A stretch of DNA of 64,000 bases from assembly GCA_013239625.1 (NCBI GenBank), contig MU053561.1, forward strand, positions 3,837,312 through 3,901,311, read 5' to 3'. Of this stretch, positions 38,527 through 48,329 are shown piece by piece; position 1 is the first letter of the stretch; each line of letters starts with the position of its first letter. The position numbers and the translations under genes were made by a program. This DNA comes from Lama guanicoe. Its lineage: Eukaryota. The notes under the pieces were generated by a model, which did not search any database, had not been told where the DNA came from, and saw nothing but the letters and a program-made list of their open reading frames with translations.

Positions 38527-38662
38527 CTTCTATGTGGCATCTCCTCATCTGTGCTCAGTTCCTTGGATACAGGCTCTCCATGAACAGCCTCTGAGAGCTG
38601 GTGGGACCCAAGATGAAGGATACACTGGCATCTGTCACTGTGCAGTGCTTCCACAGAGCCAG
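38527..38662 (+). pseudogene. MROH-like pseudo-exon E (in-frame TGA at 38592-38594)
   Basis: ctcccccagcatcttcAG ends 38526; ASMWHLLICAQFLGYRLSMNSL*ELVGPKMKDTLASVTVQCFHRA; donor ag|GTgggg at 38663 is in phase with exon F. Confidence 0.6.
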
Positions 38663-38887
38663 GTGGGGCTACAGATGGGCAGAGACAATCAGACAGACAG
38701 ACAGAGGCTGATGGAGCACCACCAGGCTGCATAGCTTCTCTGGGTGAGAGCGGTTACTGAGGCTGTGTTGATGGTTGGGGTGCTGCCATGGAGGAGTGGG
38801 GGAGGGAAGATGCTGCCCCCTCACTCTCACTAGACATCTCCCTCCCACATTCCACTCCTCCTCTCTCCACATTTCCCTCCTTCCCAG

Positions 38888-39054
38888 GACAGAGCGGGCA
38901 GAGAGCAGATGTCGCTCGTGCCTTGAGAAGTGGCTGTACTGGGGGACGGGACAGGATGCAGCAGCATTTTTGGAGCATGGGGACAGTTGAAGACTCCTGG
39001 CCCTTTCACTTTGATCTGCCAGGAACCAGTCCTCACGTGGTGGCAATTCCCTTG
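38888..39054 (+). pseudogene. MROH-like pseudo-exon F
   Basis: Long pyrimidine tract with AG ending 38887; RTERAESRCRSCL..DAAAF, then in a shifted frame DLPGTSPHVVAIPL; strong donor ttg|GTAAGA at 39055. Confidence 0.55.
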
Positions 39055-39298
39055 GTAAGACTAGGGGTTGCTGCCTCCCGCAGCAGTCTCTCCCCTGGTA
39101 AGTGGGAACTCCTACAAGTAAGATCAGAAAGTCTTGGAGACCTGTAACCTCCAAGACCCAGGGACACCCCACAACAAGGGAAGGTGGGCACAGGTGCAGG
39201 GTGGGGCTGAGGAAGGTGGGATGGTGGCAGGGCGGCGAAGCTGGAGCATGAAGCCTGCAGATCATGCCACTTCTCCCCCTTTCTTGCCCCTCCCCCAG

Positions 39299-39397
39299 CC
39301 CACTCAGAGGTGCCTCCAGGATGCTCCAGCCTCGCCTAATAAAGTGTCCTCAGCGAGGTCAGAGAAACCGAGCAGGCACAAGGACAGTGACAGATAA
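39299..39397 (+). pseudogene. MROH-like terminal pseudo-exon G
   Basis: Acceptor ttcttgcccctcccccAG ends 39298; phase-0 continuation PTQRCLQDA...SDR* (stop ends 39397); AATAAA at 39338-39343. Confidence 0.4.
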
Positions 39398-40149
39398 TGC
39401 AAACGAGGCGTGAACTGGCCGCACCCTCACTTGGGTTTGGGTGGAACAGATGCCTGGGAAGCGACTCGGGAGCTGTTGGGTGGGGGTGGGTGGGGACACC
39501 AGGTGACCACAAGGAAGGGCCGAGCCGTGCGAGTCTGGGTCAGGTGGTCAGGGAGTCCTGGCGGGTCCGTCCCACTGGGGGCTCACCTCCTGACTTGGAA
39601 TTTCTGCAGAGAAAGAGCCAGCAGCGCGGAAGCTTTTATTCTAGATGAGCCTCAGCGGCCTGTTGCTTGATGGGGTGAGTGATACACTCTTGTTTGCCCT
39701 TGGGGCGGTGGAGTCACTGAGAGGTGAAGTCACTTCCTGCAGTCAGGCGGGCTGAGCAGGCTGAGTGGGGCACCAGGGCCAGGGCTCCTGGTGCGAAGCT
39801 GATCTTCCTGTCTTCCTCTCTTCCACGTGGCGTGACGCCTCCCACGGCTCGGGGCTACCTTGGACTTGGTTGCCAGAGTGCGCGTGCAGGGGATGTGGCT
39901 TTCCCGCATTCATAGGAGGGGGGTCTGTGTAGACGCACACGTGTCTGCCCAGTGAGAAGGTGTGCACATGTTACTTTGTGCATGTGAAATTGCATGTTTG
40001 CACATTCAGCACGAATACGCTTAAGTTAGCACAAGTCCTGCCCCTCCCCTGATACATCAGGGTCCCGCTGGATGCTCCCTCCTCTTCCCTGAGGTAGAGG
40101 AAGAGGCACACCTGCTCCTCCCCAGGCCGGCCTTCTTCCCACCTGCTGG

Positions 40150-40950
40150 TTCCTCGTCCCTCCCATTGCCTGTAGGCTCCTGTGCCCTCAGTGATCTCCT
40201 TTTTCCAGTTTTCAATCTTTCTCTTTCCATTGGCCCTTTCCTCCACCTACAAGCATGCTCAGGAATCCACTGGCATTTAATAACACTCTCCCTTCCTTAC
40301 CTGGCTTCTTCTGCATCTCCTCCCTCTCACTCCCCCTCCAACTTCCCCTTCCCTGTTGAATTTCTCAGAAAATCCGTCACTTGCTACCTCCCCATTCCTA
40401 ACACTAACATCTACCGCTTAGCTGCTTCTCATCTGCTCTCCCCACTCCCCCTGTCAAAGAGCTCTTCCCAAAACCGCCCCGACTGCCGAGCCACCGACTG
40501 GTAGCCTTTTCTCAATGCCTCCTTTTCTCTCACCAAACTAGCGACCCCTTTCTGTTTTACTCCTGAGATTTCTCTGGACTCCGACCTTCCACTCCATCCT
40601 CACAGCCACCAGTAACGTTACTCCGATGACCGCTTGTCTCCTGGTCACACCGTCTTTCTAAACCCAGCAGCTTGGAGCAGATCACATCCCTGCTCAACGC
40701 TGACTGCAGGCTCCCCAAGGTGCTGACCTGAACAGAGGCTCAGCTGGGAACTGAAACGCTTCTCGTTTTCAGCCCTGTCCTCCCTGTGTGCCCGTGACAC
40801 ACACTGTGTCTCTCATATTAGGCTGTAAGCTCTGTTGGTCAGGGACTCTGTCTTGTGTGCTGTGTTTGTGGCTGTAACCTCAGAGCCTAGCACTGTGCTT
40901 GGCACATAAGCCCCCAACACCAATTGAGTCAATGAGCAAGAAAATGAATG
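40150..40950 (+). mobile_element. L2 fragments
   Basis: gatcacatccctgctcaa...ctgtaagctc...cagggactctgtctt...gcctagcactgtgcttggcacata. Confidence 0.6.
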
Positions 40951-42017
40951 AAGTTGGCTCTCTCTGAGTGAGAAAAGCCAAGGACTTCACAGGGAGAGTC
41001 CCCAGGCCCTACATGTAAAGATGGACCTCAGGTTTGCTCCATCACAAGCTCTGCTACTTTGCAGCTCCAGCGAGAATCAGCAGAGCAGCGTGTTTTCAAC
41101 TCCCAGGCTCCAGGGTGGGCCGGAGCGCACCTTCCCCCAAGTGTGACCCTTGGAGGGATGGGAGAGGCCTGGGCAAGAAGGGCAGGGGGTCAGATGATAT
41201 GGGCTGACCCCGCATACAATCACCAAGTCCTGGCTCAGGAAGCCTTTGACCTCTGAACTCTTGTGGATGTTAGGTGGTGAATTCTATCCCATTTTCCATG
41301 TAGCTGGAAGATCCCAAGGAACTGTAGCGGCTGTGACTCTCTGGCAGAGGGACACAGGCTGAGGTCTGCCCAAGAGAGGCCCAGGCAGCGGGGCTGGGAG
41401 GTAGGCTGCGGGTGGGTGTGGCTGGTGCAGTTGAGGACTTAGGTGCAGGAAGGGAGTGGTCCTGGAGTTGGGTGCTTGAAAAATATCTTTCGTCAATCAA
41501 GGACCGTGTTTTTGGAACACCTATTCTGTACCTATACCTCTGAAAATTTTGTTTCCAATGATACATTTTAAAGTAATTGCTAACATTGGGATGGGAGAAG
41601 ATTCTGGGCGCAGAGTATTCAGTAAGGGGCAGTTGACTGAGGGTAGGAATGGAGGAGTCCGGTGCTAGGGTGTGTTTGAGGACTCAGTCTTGTCTGGGTC
41701 TCAGGAGAGCTGGGACGTGGCCTTCTGGCTGGGTCAGGGGCTCCCGGAACTTGCTGTTTTATCTCTGTGGTCATATCTAGAGAATGGGTGACATCCTTCT
41801 CCTTTCAGGGCCGTGGGAGCAGCGGCAGAGAGGACGCAGTTCAGAGAGCAGCAGGAGGGCACTAGCTGGGTGTGGGAGGGCAGCGGGCCGGGAGGGGCCC
41901 AGAGGTCCCGTGTCTCACCATGACAAGCAGCATCAAGAGAGCCGCACTTGCTGGAGGGCACCCAGAGGTCGGCTGAGCCTGTGTCAGAGGTGACTCTGAA
42001 CTTCTGAAGTGGGGTGC

Positions 42018-42374
42018 TGTTCTAGTCCACTCGGGCTGCTGCAACAGACTCCTTCAATGGGGCGGCTTAGCAACAGCAGAGACTTGTCTCTCACAGTTCT
42101 GGAGGTTGGAAGTCCAAGGTCACAGTGTCGGCATGGTTGGTTGTGTGAAGACCCTCTTCCGGGTTGTAGGATGCGACCTCCCCTTGTCTCCTCGAGTGGT
42201 AGGAAGAGGGAGAGACGGCTCCCTGGGGTCTCTTTTATAAGAACACGAATCCCATTCAGGGAGGCTCCATCCTCATGACTTAGTCACCTCCCAAAGGCCT
42301 CCTCCTGCTACCATTACACTGGGGGTTGGGATTTACTACACGGATTTGAGGGGACAAACATTCAGTCTCTAACA
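42018..42374 (-). mobile_element. MaLR LTR, MLT1A-like
   Basis: ctcacagttctggaggttggaagtccaag...cctcatgacttagtcacctcccaaaggcc...ggggacaaacattcagtctctaaca. Confidence 0.88.
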
Positions 42375-42676
42375 GCTGCCAGTGTCGCTCTCACCACGGC
42401 ACCGGGTCTGCAGGGATGAATGAGGCCGCTTGGGGGCTTTGGGCTTTGGGGTCTTGCCTGGCTCCACCCTTGGTGCTTAAGGTGAGAGTAGGCAGGTCGT
42501 TCAGACTCTCTGGGTTTCCATTTTCCAGCAGGGATCGGATGGGAGGCTTCCATTTTTAAGACTTCCAAGGAGGTGGGAGACTCAGGGAGACAGGAGGGCA
42601 AAACAGAAACACTGACCGGAGCTTTGATGAACCGCCGGTGTAGTAGGAGGTCAAGCTGTGCAGAGCCTGGTCACAG

Positions 42677-43314
42677 TGATGCAGGAAAACGGATGTGGGG
42701 CGTGAGGAGGGCCAAGTCCCAGGTCTCGGTTGAGCCCCTGGGACGTGCCCCTCCAAGTGTGGGTCCTTGGCTTCGCCCAGGAAAGAATTCAAGTGCGAGC
42801 CACCGTTGAGTAAAGGTAGGTTTATTTAGAGAGATACACACTGCATAGAGTGTAAGGCAAGAGAAAGCCAAGGAAAGAGGTGTGGGAACTGGGTGCTCAG
42901 GTTAAAGTAAAAGTAGGTACACACTCCACAGACAGAGTGCGGGCCGTCTCCAAAGGGGAGAGAGAGCGCAAGGGCCACTAGGCGTGATGGTGTCACTTTT
43001 TATGGTTTCAGTAGCTTCACACGCCTACAGGTGAGATCAGTTCAACTGCCCTGGGGAAGGGGCTAGAATTACCAGGAATTGGACCACCACCCATCCTTTG
43101 GCCTTTTGCGGTTAGCCTTGGGGCTGTCATGGCACCCGCGGGCGTGTTATTTGATCACACTGCTACAATGAGCATATAATGAAGCTCCAGTTCCACTAGA
43201 AGTTAAACCTCTTAATCCTTAAGGCCAGCTAGGAGGTGAATTTTCCACCATTTTGGTGTTAAATTGCTGTCATTCCTTGAGTGGTTGTGCTCTGCCCCCT
43301 TCCATCCTGTCTCA
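42677..43314 (-). mobile_element. ERV1 solo LTR, MER41-like (copy 3) with perfect 4-bp TSD
   Basis: acag|tgatgcagg ... cctgtctca|acag; reverse complement of the family at 13925. Confidence 0.9.
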
Positions 43315-46300
43315 ACAGAAACCTCCATCTGAGGCCACACACCCCTCCCACCCATCAGTGACACCTGGGCTCGAGGCCAAGAGCCTCTGACTGACCCCTG
43401 AGCTCCTTCCTGCCCCATGTGCCTCAGGCTTTCCAGCTGTAAAACGGGAATTTTCTAGGGTGCGCATGTGCTCTTTAGCAATTCAGTCCAAGACGGTGGG
43501 GAAAGAATGGGCCTTGCAGGAAAAGAAAGCCTCAGGTCCAAGAGAGAGAGAAGATAGGGTGGAGCGAGGGGCTGAGCATCCAGGTGGTTGGTGAGGACAG
43601 CGGAGCGGGTATCTTTTGGTGAACTGGCTCAGCTCAGCACAGAGCCTGGCCGTGTTCATGGCTCCTTGCTCCTTCTGGCTTTCCTAGACTGAGGGCATTT
43701 TCTAGAGGGAGATCCTGGCCAGGGTGGAGGAAGGAAAAACAGGAGAAGTCTGTACTCCCACAATGGCAGAGGCCCTGAAGACACCCTCTGCTTCTGTTAC
43801 CGCTCCCCCTAACATTTACCAGGCACCTAAGACTCACTCTCCCTCCCTGAGGCCTCTGGAGGAGAATTAACAGGTGTCCAGGAGGCAACTGCACCCGCAT
43901 TAAATAAGCCGCATCTAAGTTCCTTTTGTCGTCGGTGATCTCCATCATGGCAAGGCCATTAATTCATTCATCCCTCCATCATCTCGCGCTGAACACCTAC
44001 TCTGTGCTTGCACTGTGCTGCCTGCTGAAGACATAGATAATTATCGCTGCCTTCAGGGAACACCAGCAGGCCGGGACACAGACAGGGAAAGAGGCAGTGA
44101 CATCTCTGAGGAGATGAAGTCTGCACCCCATTGATGCTGGATGGGGGAGGCAATGCCATGTGGGGCCTATAGGTGGCAGCAGATGCCCACCGCAGCCCGC
44201 AGGGGCTCCTGGACACCTGAGGGCAGGTACCCAGCTAGGTGCCAAGGGGTGAAGTGGACCTATGGAACTGGGTTGGGCAGGGAGGGGGCCCATCGTCTCC
44301 AGAGTGTCTTGTAGCTTGTCCTTAGAAAGATGTGTTTGAGTCTAAGTCCCAGTTCCTCAGCTTCTTGTCCAGATACCTTCCCACCACCTTTGGGAAGTAG
44401 AATTAAAGTGACCTGGGAAACTCACAGCAGACTGGGCGGCTGCTGGGTCAGTGCCAAACCTTGCACACACACCCAAGTAGCCCTCGTAACAACTCTGCAA
44501 ACTAACTGCCTGTACCCCTATTTTAAAGACTCGGAAACCAAGGCTCCCAGGGATGTAGATGACTCGGAAGTGATGGAGCAGGGATTCAAAGTAGCTGTGT
44601 CTGATTCTATTTCTATTAAAAACAAAAACAAAAACAAAAACAGAAACAAACAAACCCTGAGCTCTGCAGACAGGAAGGTTGCTTTCAGATGCCTGGAAGA
44701 AAAGGTCCCCAGCAGTTGTGGGGGGAGGGGCAGGACCCCGGCTCAACTGAACTCTGCAGCAGGCTTTCCGCATCCCGATGGAGAGCCCCTCGGTCTCTGC
44801 AGATCCTCCTTTGCCTCTGCTCCCCTGTCCTTCCCACACCTCGTGCATTCCCTTCACTCTCCCACCGTTGTGTTCATGAACACGGAGGCTCTTTTCCCGC
44901 CTATCCATGTCATCCTAGAATGGAAATGCTTTGTCATGTTTATGTCGTGGTTTACTGTTCACAAAGTGTTTTCACAATTCTGATCTTACTTAATACTCAG
45001 GCTTCCCCTGAGGTGGGTAGTTTTATGATTCTCATTTTACAGTAGAGGAAATGGAGGGTCAGAGGTTTTACCTCAAAGAAGGCGCCTTTCCCACTATTTA
45101 TTCAAAAGAGCCTTCTGCTCTGGAACTTTACTTTTACCAGTTCTCTTGCAGAAAATCACCTCCTTCTCCCTTGCCTTTTCCCACTCAGGTCTTTAATCCT
45201 TCAAAGCCGAGCACATACCCCTCACCTTGGAAGCCTGTCCCAGGGCTCCTGGTCCACACCGGCCTTGCCCCTCCTTGGTCTCCCCCTGGTCTCTTCCACT
45301 TGTAGCCAGCACTGCAATCCTAATGCTTTAGAGGCATGGGAGGGAGGGCACAGTGGCTGTGGGGATGTGCCTGAATCCGGGGGCCTCCCCGTACTACCTA
45401 TGTGATTCTGAGCAACTTCCCTGCCCTCTCTGAGCCTCCACTACACCCCTCTATAAACACAGGCTTACTGGTAGTACCTAGCTCGTTGCGGGGTGGGGGG
45501 GGGTGCTCTGCGTGGATTAAATGAGCTGCCTGCCGGCCAGTAAATGTATGTTACATACGTATAAGACGACGAAAGCGCCTTGAGAACAGGAATCATGTAC
45601 TCACATCTCCCAGAGAGCCCTGTGTGGTCCTCTGCACGTAGCAGTTGGTAAAATTCCCGTAAGTGTGTTTGAAAAGCATGACAGCCCTCTCCACCCTGGC
45701 CGGCTCCCAGGCCTGACTTCTCCTTTGGAGGAGACAAGGAAGGAAGGTTTTACCTCCCTCTGCCTTTCCCCTGGGGGTGGGGCTGCCCCTGGCCTGAGCT
45801 CACCTTGCCCTCACCCCCTCCTCCCCACCTGGCAGTTTCTCTCCAGGAACGTGGGGAAGGGGGACTAGGCTTTGGAAACAATCCATCAGGTATGTGTCCG
45901 AACTCAGTCTCTTACAGCCCAAGGTTTGCTGCTCAAAGTCCCGGAGCCCCCAGTATCCTTATCGGTACAGTGGGATTGTTGGGCGGTTGCGGGGATGATC
46001 TGAGATGAGACATGAGAAAAGATTGTGAAATCCTAAGCATTTTACAAGCTGAGTAACTACCACTGTTATCAAAGCCCGCCCTCTCCCCTTAGGTCTTCTG
46101 GTCCCCACTGTGCTCTCTGGGCGGAACCTCCTTCTCCCCGTAGAGAGTCCCTCTCCCAGCCGGCCCCTCCTCTTCTGCAGCCCTAACGAGTTGCTTGTTC
46201 CCAGGAGGCTTGGCACAGAATGCATGTTTTCTTTCTCCTCCCTGCTTTCAGCTGCCTTAAGCCTTTCTGCTGCCTTTTCGCTGCCTTTTGAATCTTAACA

Positions 46301-46458
46301 TCGATGATAATCCGCCTTGTAGTGCTAATAACCGCTGAGACCCCACCACGCGCCCCGCCCGGCGGTCAGGGCTCTCCACGTGCCATCCCAGTAAACCTTC
46401 AGAGCAGCCCTGTGCGCTAGGTCCTGGCATTATTTGTTTTAAGAATGAGTAAACTGAG

Positions 46459-46585
46459 GGAGGGAGGGCACAGCTCAGCAGTAGAGCACATGCGTGCCTG
46501 AGGTCCTGGGTTCGACCCTCAGTACCGCCGTTAAATAAATAAACCCAATTATCCCCCCAAACAAGCAAAACCAAACCAAAAAAAA
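46459..46585 (+). mobile_element. tRNA-derived SINE (vic-1-like) with 12-bp TSD, nested in a MIR
   Basis: cagctcagcagtagag...ggtcctgggttcgaccc; TSD gagtaaactgag at 46447-46458 and 46586-46597. Confidence 0.85.
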
Positions 46586-48329
46586 GAGTAAACTGAGACT
46601 TGAGAGGTTACTTGACAGACGAGAGGTAACTTGTCCATGTTTTCAGAGCCGATTAATTCTGCTAGTGGAGCAGCATTTCAATGAAGAAAATCCCCAAATC
46701 CAACTCTGGTCACCGAGGCTGCTTCCCTGGTAGAGCTCCCACACCCTACTACAGGCTGTGCACGCCCTGAGGGTGATGTCTTAATCATCTCTCTACCCTG
46801 GGCCTAATGGGAGCTCTGGGCAGAATTGAAGGATCCAGCTTCTGGACTTGACAACGTCTGTGTCACTTTGGGCAAGTTTCCTGACCTCTCTGAACGGGAC
46901 CATCCCTGCCTAGCTGGCTGGGGGTGAGGACCGGATGACCTCACGTACCTGAAAGCCAGCAGTGTTAGGTAGAGGGGAACCCCTTTGCCCTCCCACGGCC
47001 CTCTGCCTGAGTCACTGTCTGAAGGCACTAGGGTCAGTGTGGAAACCAAAGGTACAGGAGCCCCAGAGCACCAGCAGGAGTCGCCAGCAAGGCATCCTGC
47101 TCCGAGGTCTGGGGCTCTCTCCCTGGGATCCACTGAAGCCTGTCGCCACCGAGCCCACTCCTCACACAGGGAGACTGTAATTCTCCTACGTGTTGACCTA
47201 TCCCCCGGGGGCAGATGGCAGGGCAGTCAGGAATAAGCCCTCCCCAGTTACCTAGCTAGGTGGGGGAAGGGGAACCAGCAGCGGGGCTGGAGGAAGCAGG
47301 GCTGGAGGAGAGGAATGCTGTGCCCAGTGATGCCAGCGGCCCCTGACTCAGGCTGGCTGGGTCCCCAGAAGGTCAGAGGCTGATGAGAAATAGCACTGCT
47401 CAGGGACAAGGTCAGGGTTGAGATGGGCAGAGAACCCAGGTTTCCAGCCCCCCAGCTCAGCTCCCCACCCCCTTGAAGTTGCGTTCTCTGCCTTAGCCTT
47501 GGCTGCATCCCTGGCTGGCCTCTCCCAGGCTGTGTCTCGGTTTTCCCATCTGGAAGGTACGTGGGTCCTCCTGACTTGTCCCCTGACAGAGCTGGACCCG
47601 GGGACCTCGGTGCTGCCTCCCTCCAAGCCTCTGTTAGCAGCATCTGTCTATGGGAAAGTGAGTGACAGCACCACATGGAATCTTCTGGAAGCGGGGAGCT
47701 GGGGGGGAACTGTCCATCCTCAGTTTACCTAGTAACGGTAGGAGGCACTGGCAGCCCCTGGGAGTTGGGCAGACGTGAGGCGGGGAAGTCGGTCTCCCTG
47801 CTTCCTTCTGCTTGGCCCTAACTCCCTTTGGGGCCCATCTCTCCGCCCCCTTCCCTTTTCCTGCAGCGTTTCAACCAATCTGGGGCAGCTCCCCAAACAT
47901 GCATCTGCTCTCTAGATCTCAGGATGGGTGCTGGCTATTCAGCCTACTGTGCCCTCACTTGGTTTCACCCTCCTCATTCTTCCAGAGCCCACTTTCAATA
48001 CCACCATCTCCTCCACGAAGGGCCTGGCTCAGCCTGGAATTGACTCCTCTCTGCGGTGGGGCCCGCAGCCCAGGAGCAAGCCCGTCTTTGAGAGCACTGG
48101 CCTCCGTTATTCACATACGTGTGCGTCTGCCTCGCCCCCAGCACAAAGTAGGGACTGATGCGTATTAACTGAGTGAAGGTCAGACTGACAGGAAGACAGG
48201 AAGTGATGGGAGAGACAGGCTGTGAATTTAGGTAGAACAATCCAGAGCTCACTACATCGCTGACTTGAGTGTTGAACCATAAATGTTCTTTTACCCCGTG
48301 TTAAGCGGGTCTATGTTTACTGTAGAACC

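Larger units (their letters stand above)
36094..39397 (+). pseudogene. Decayed multi-exon Maestro HEAT-like repeat (MROH-family) pseudogene
   Basis: Collinear peptide motifs recovered across frameshifts: RDSAQY (36151-36168), MERASPKSSYLLLRF..SWAV (36281-36367), VLEECTGEGDVSLA (36396-36437), PLFKLLLH (36479-36502), PGTDTWK..APVRPSTLSTLL..FLDDGSWALRSP (within 36502-36660), YHSG/VRTLPAR (36668-36698), KAVEQPGQHLRGLSLQG, HLSDPRSPATALALVLEGL/ATELALPSSPL, LFTVLNILGEEAK, ASMWHLLICAQFL, CFHRARTERAE..DAAAF, DLPGTSPHVVAI. Their order matches my recollection of MROH-like proteins. Several blocks are bounded by pyrimidine-tract AG and GT/GC sites. Many frameshifts and stops. Confidence 0.7.

Noticed and set aside
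36595..38668. A minus-strand multi-exon gene (exon-like 38265-38362, signal-peptide-like MLPGLLHSLFLAVLGLG, VVVAAFGG..WYRLR)
   Set aside because: The splice-like sites exist, but the phases do not join, stops are present and no coherent family emerges. The + strand gives a collinear motif series. An antisense non-coding transcript is not excluded.
38669..39265. 198-aa minus-strand ORF
   Set aside because: No recognisable family; better explained as a GC-rich antisense shadow of the + strand MROH-like fossil.
44330..44983. Longest ORF in the track (217 aa) as a gene
   Set aside because: It runs through a MIR and an (AAAAAC)n tract (KNKNKN), has no recognisable domain and no supporting exon structure.
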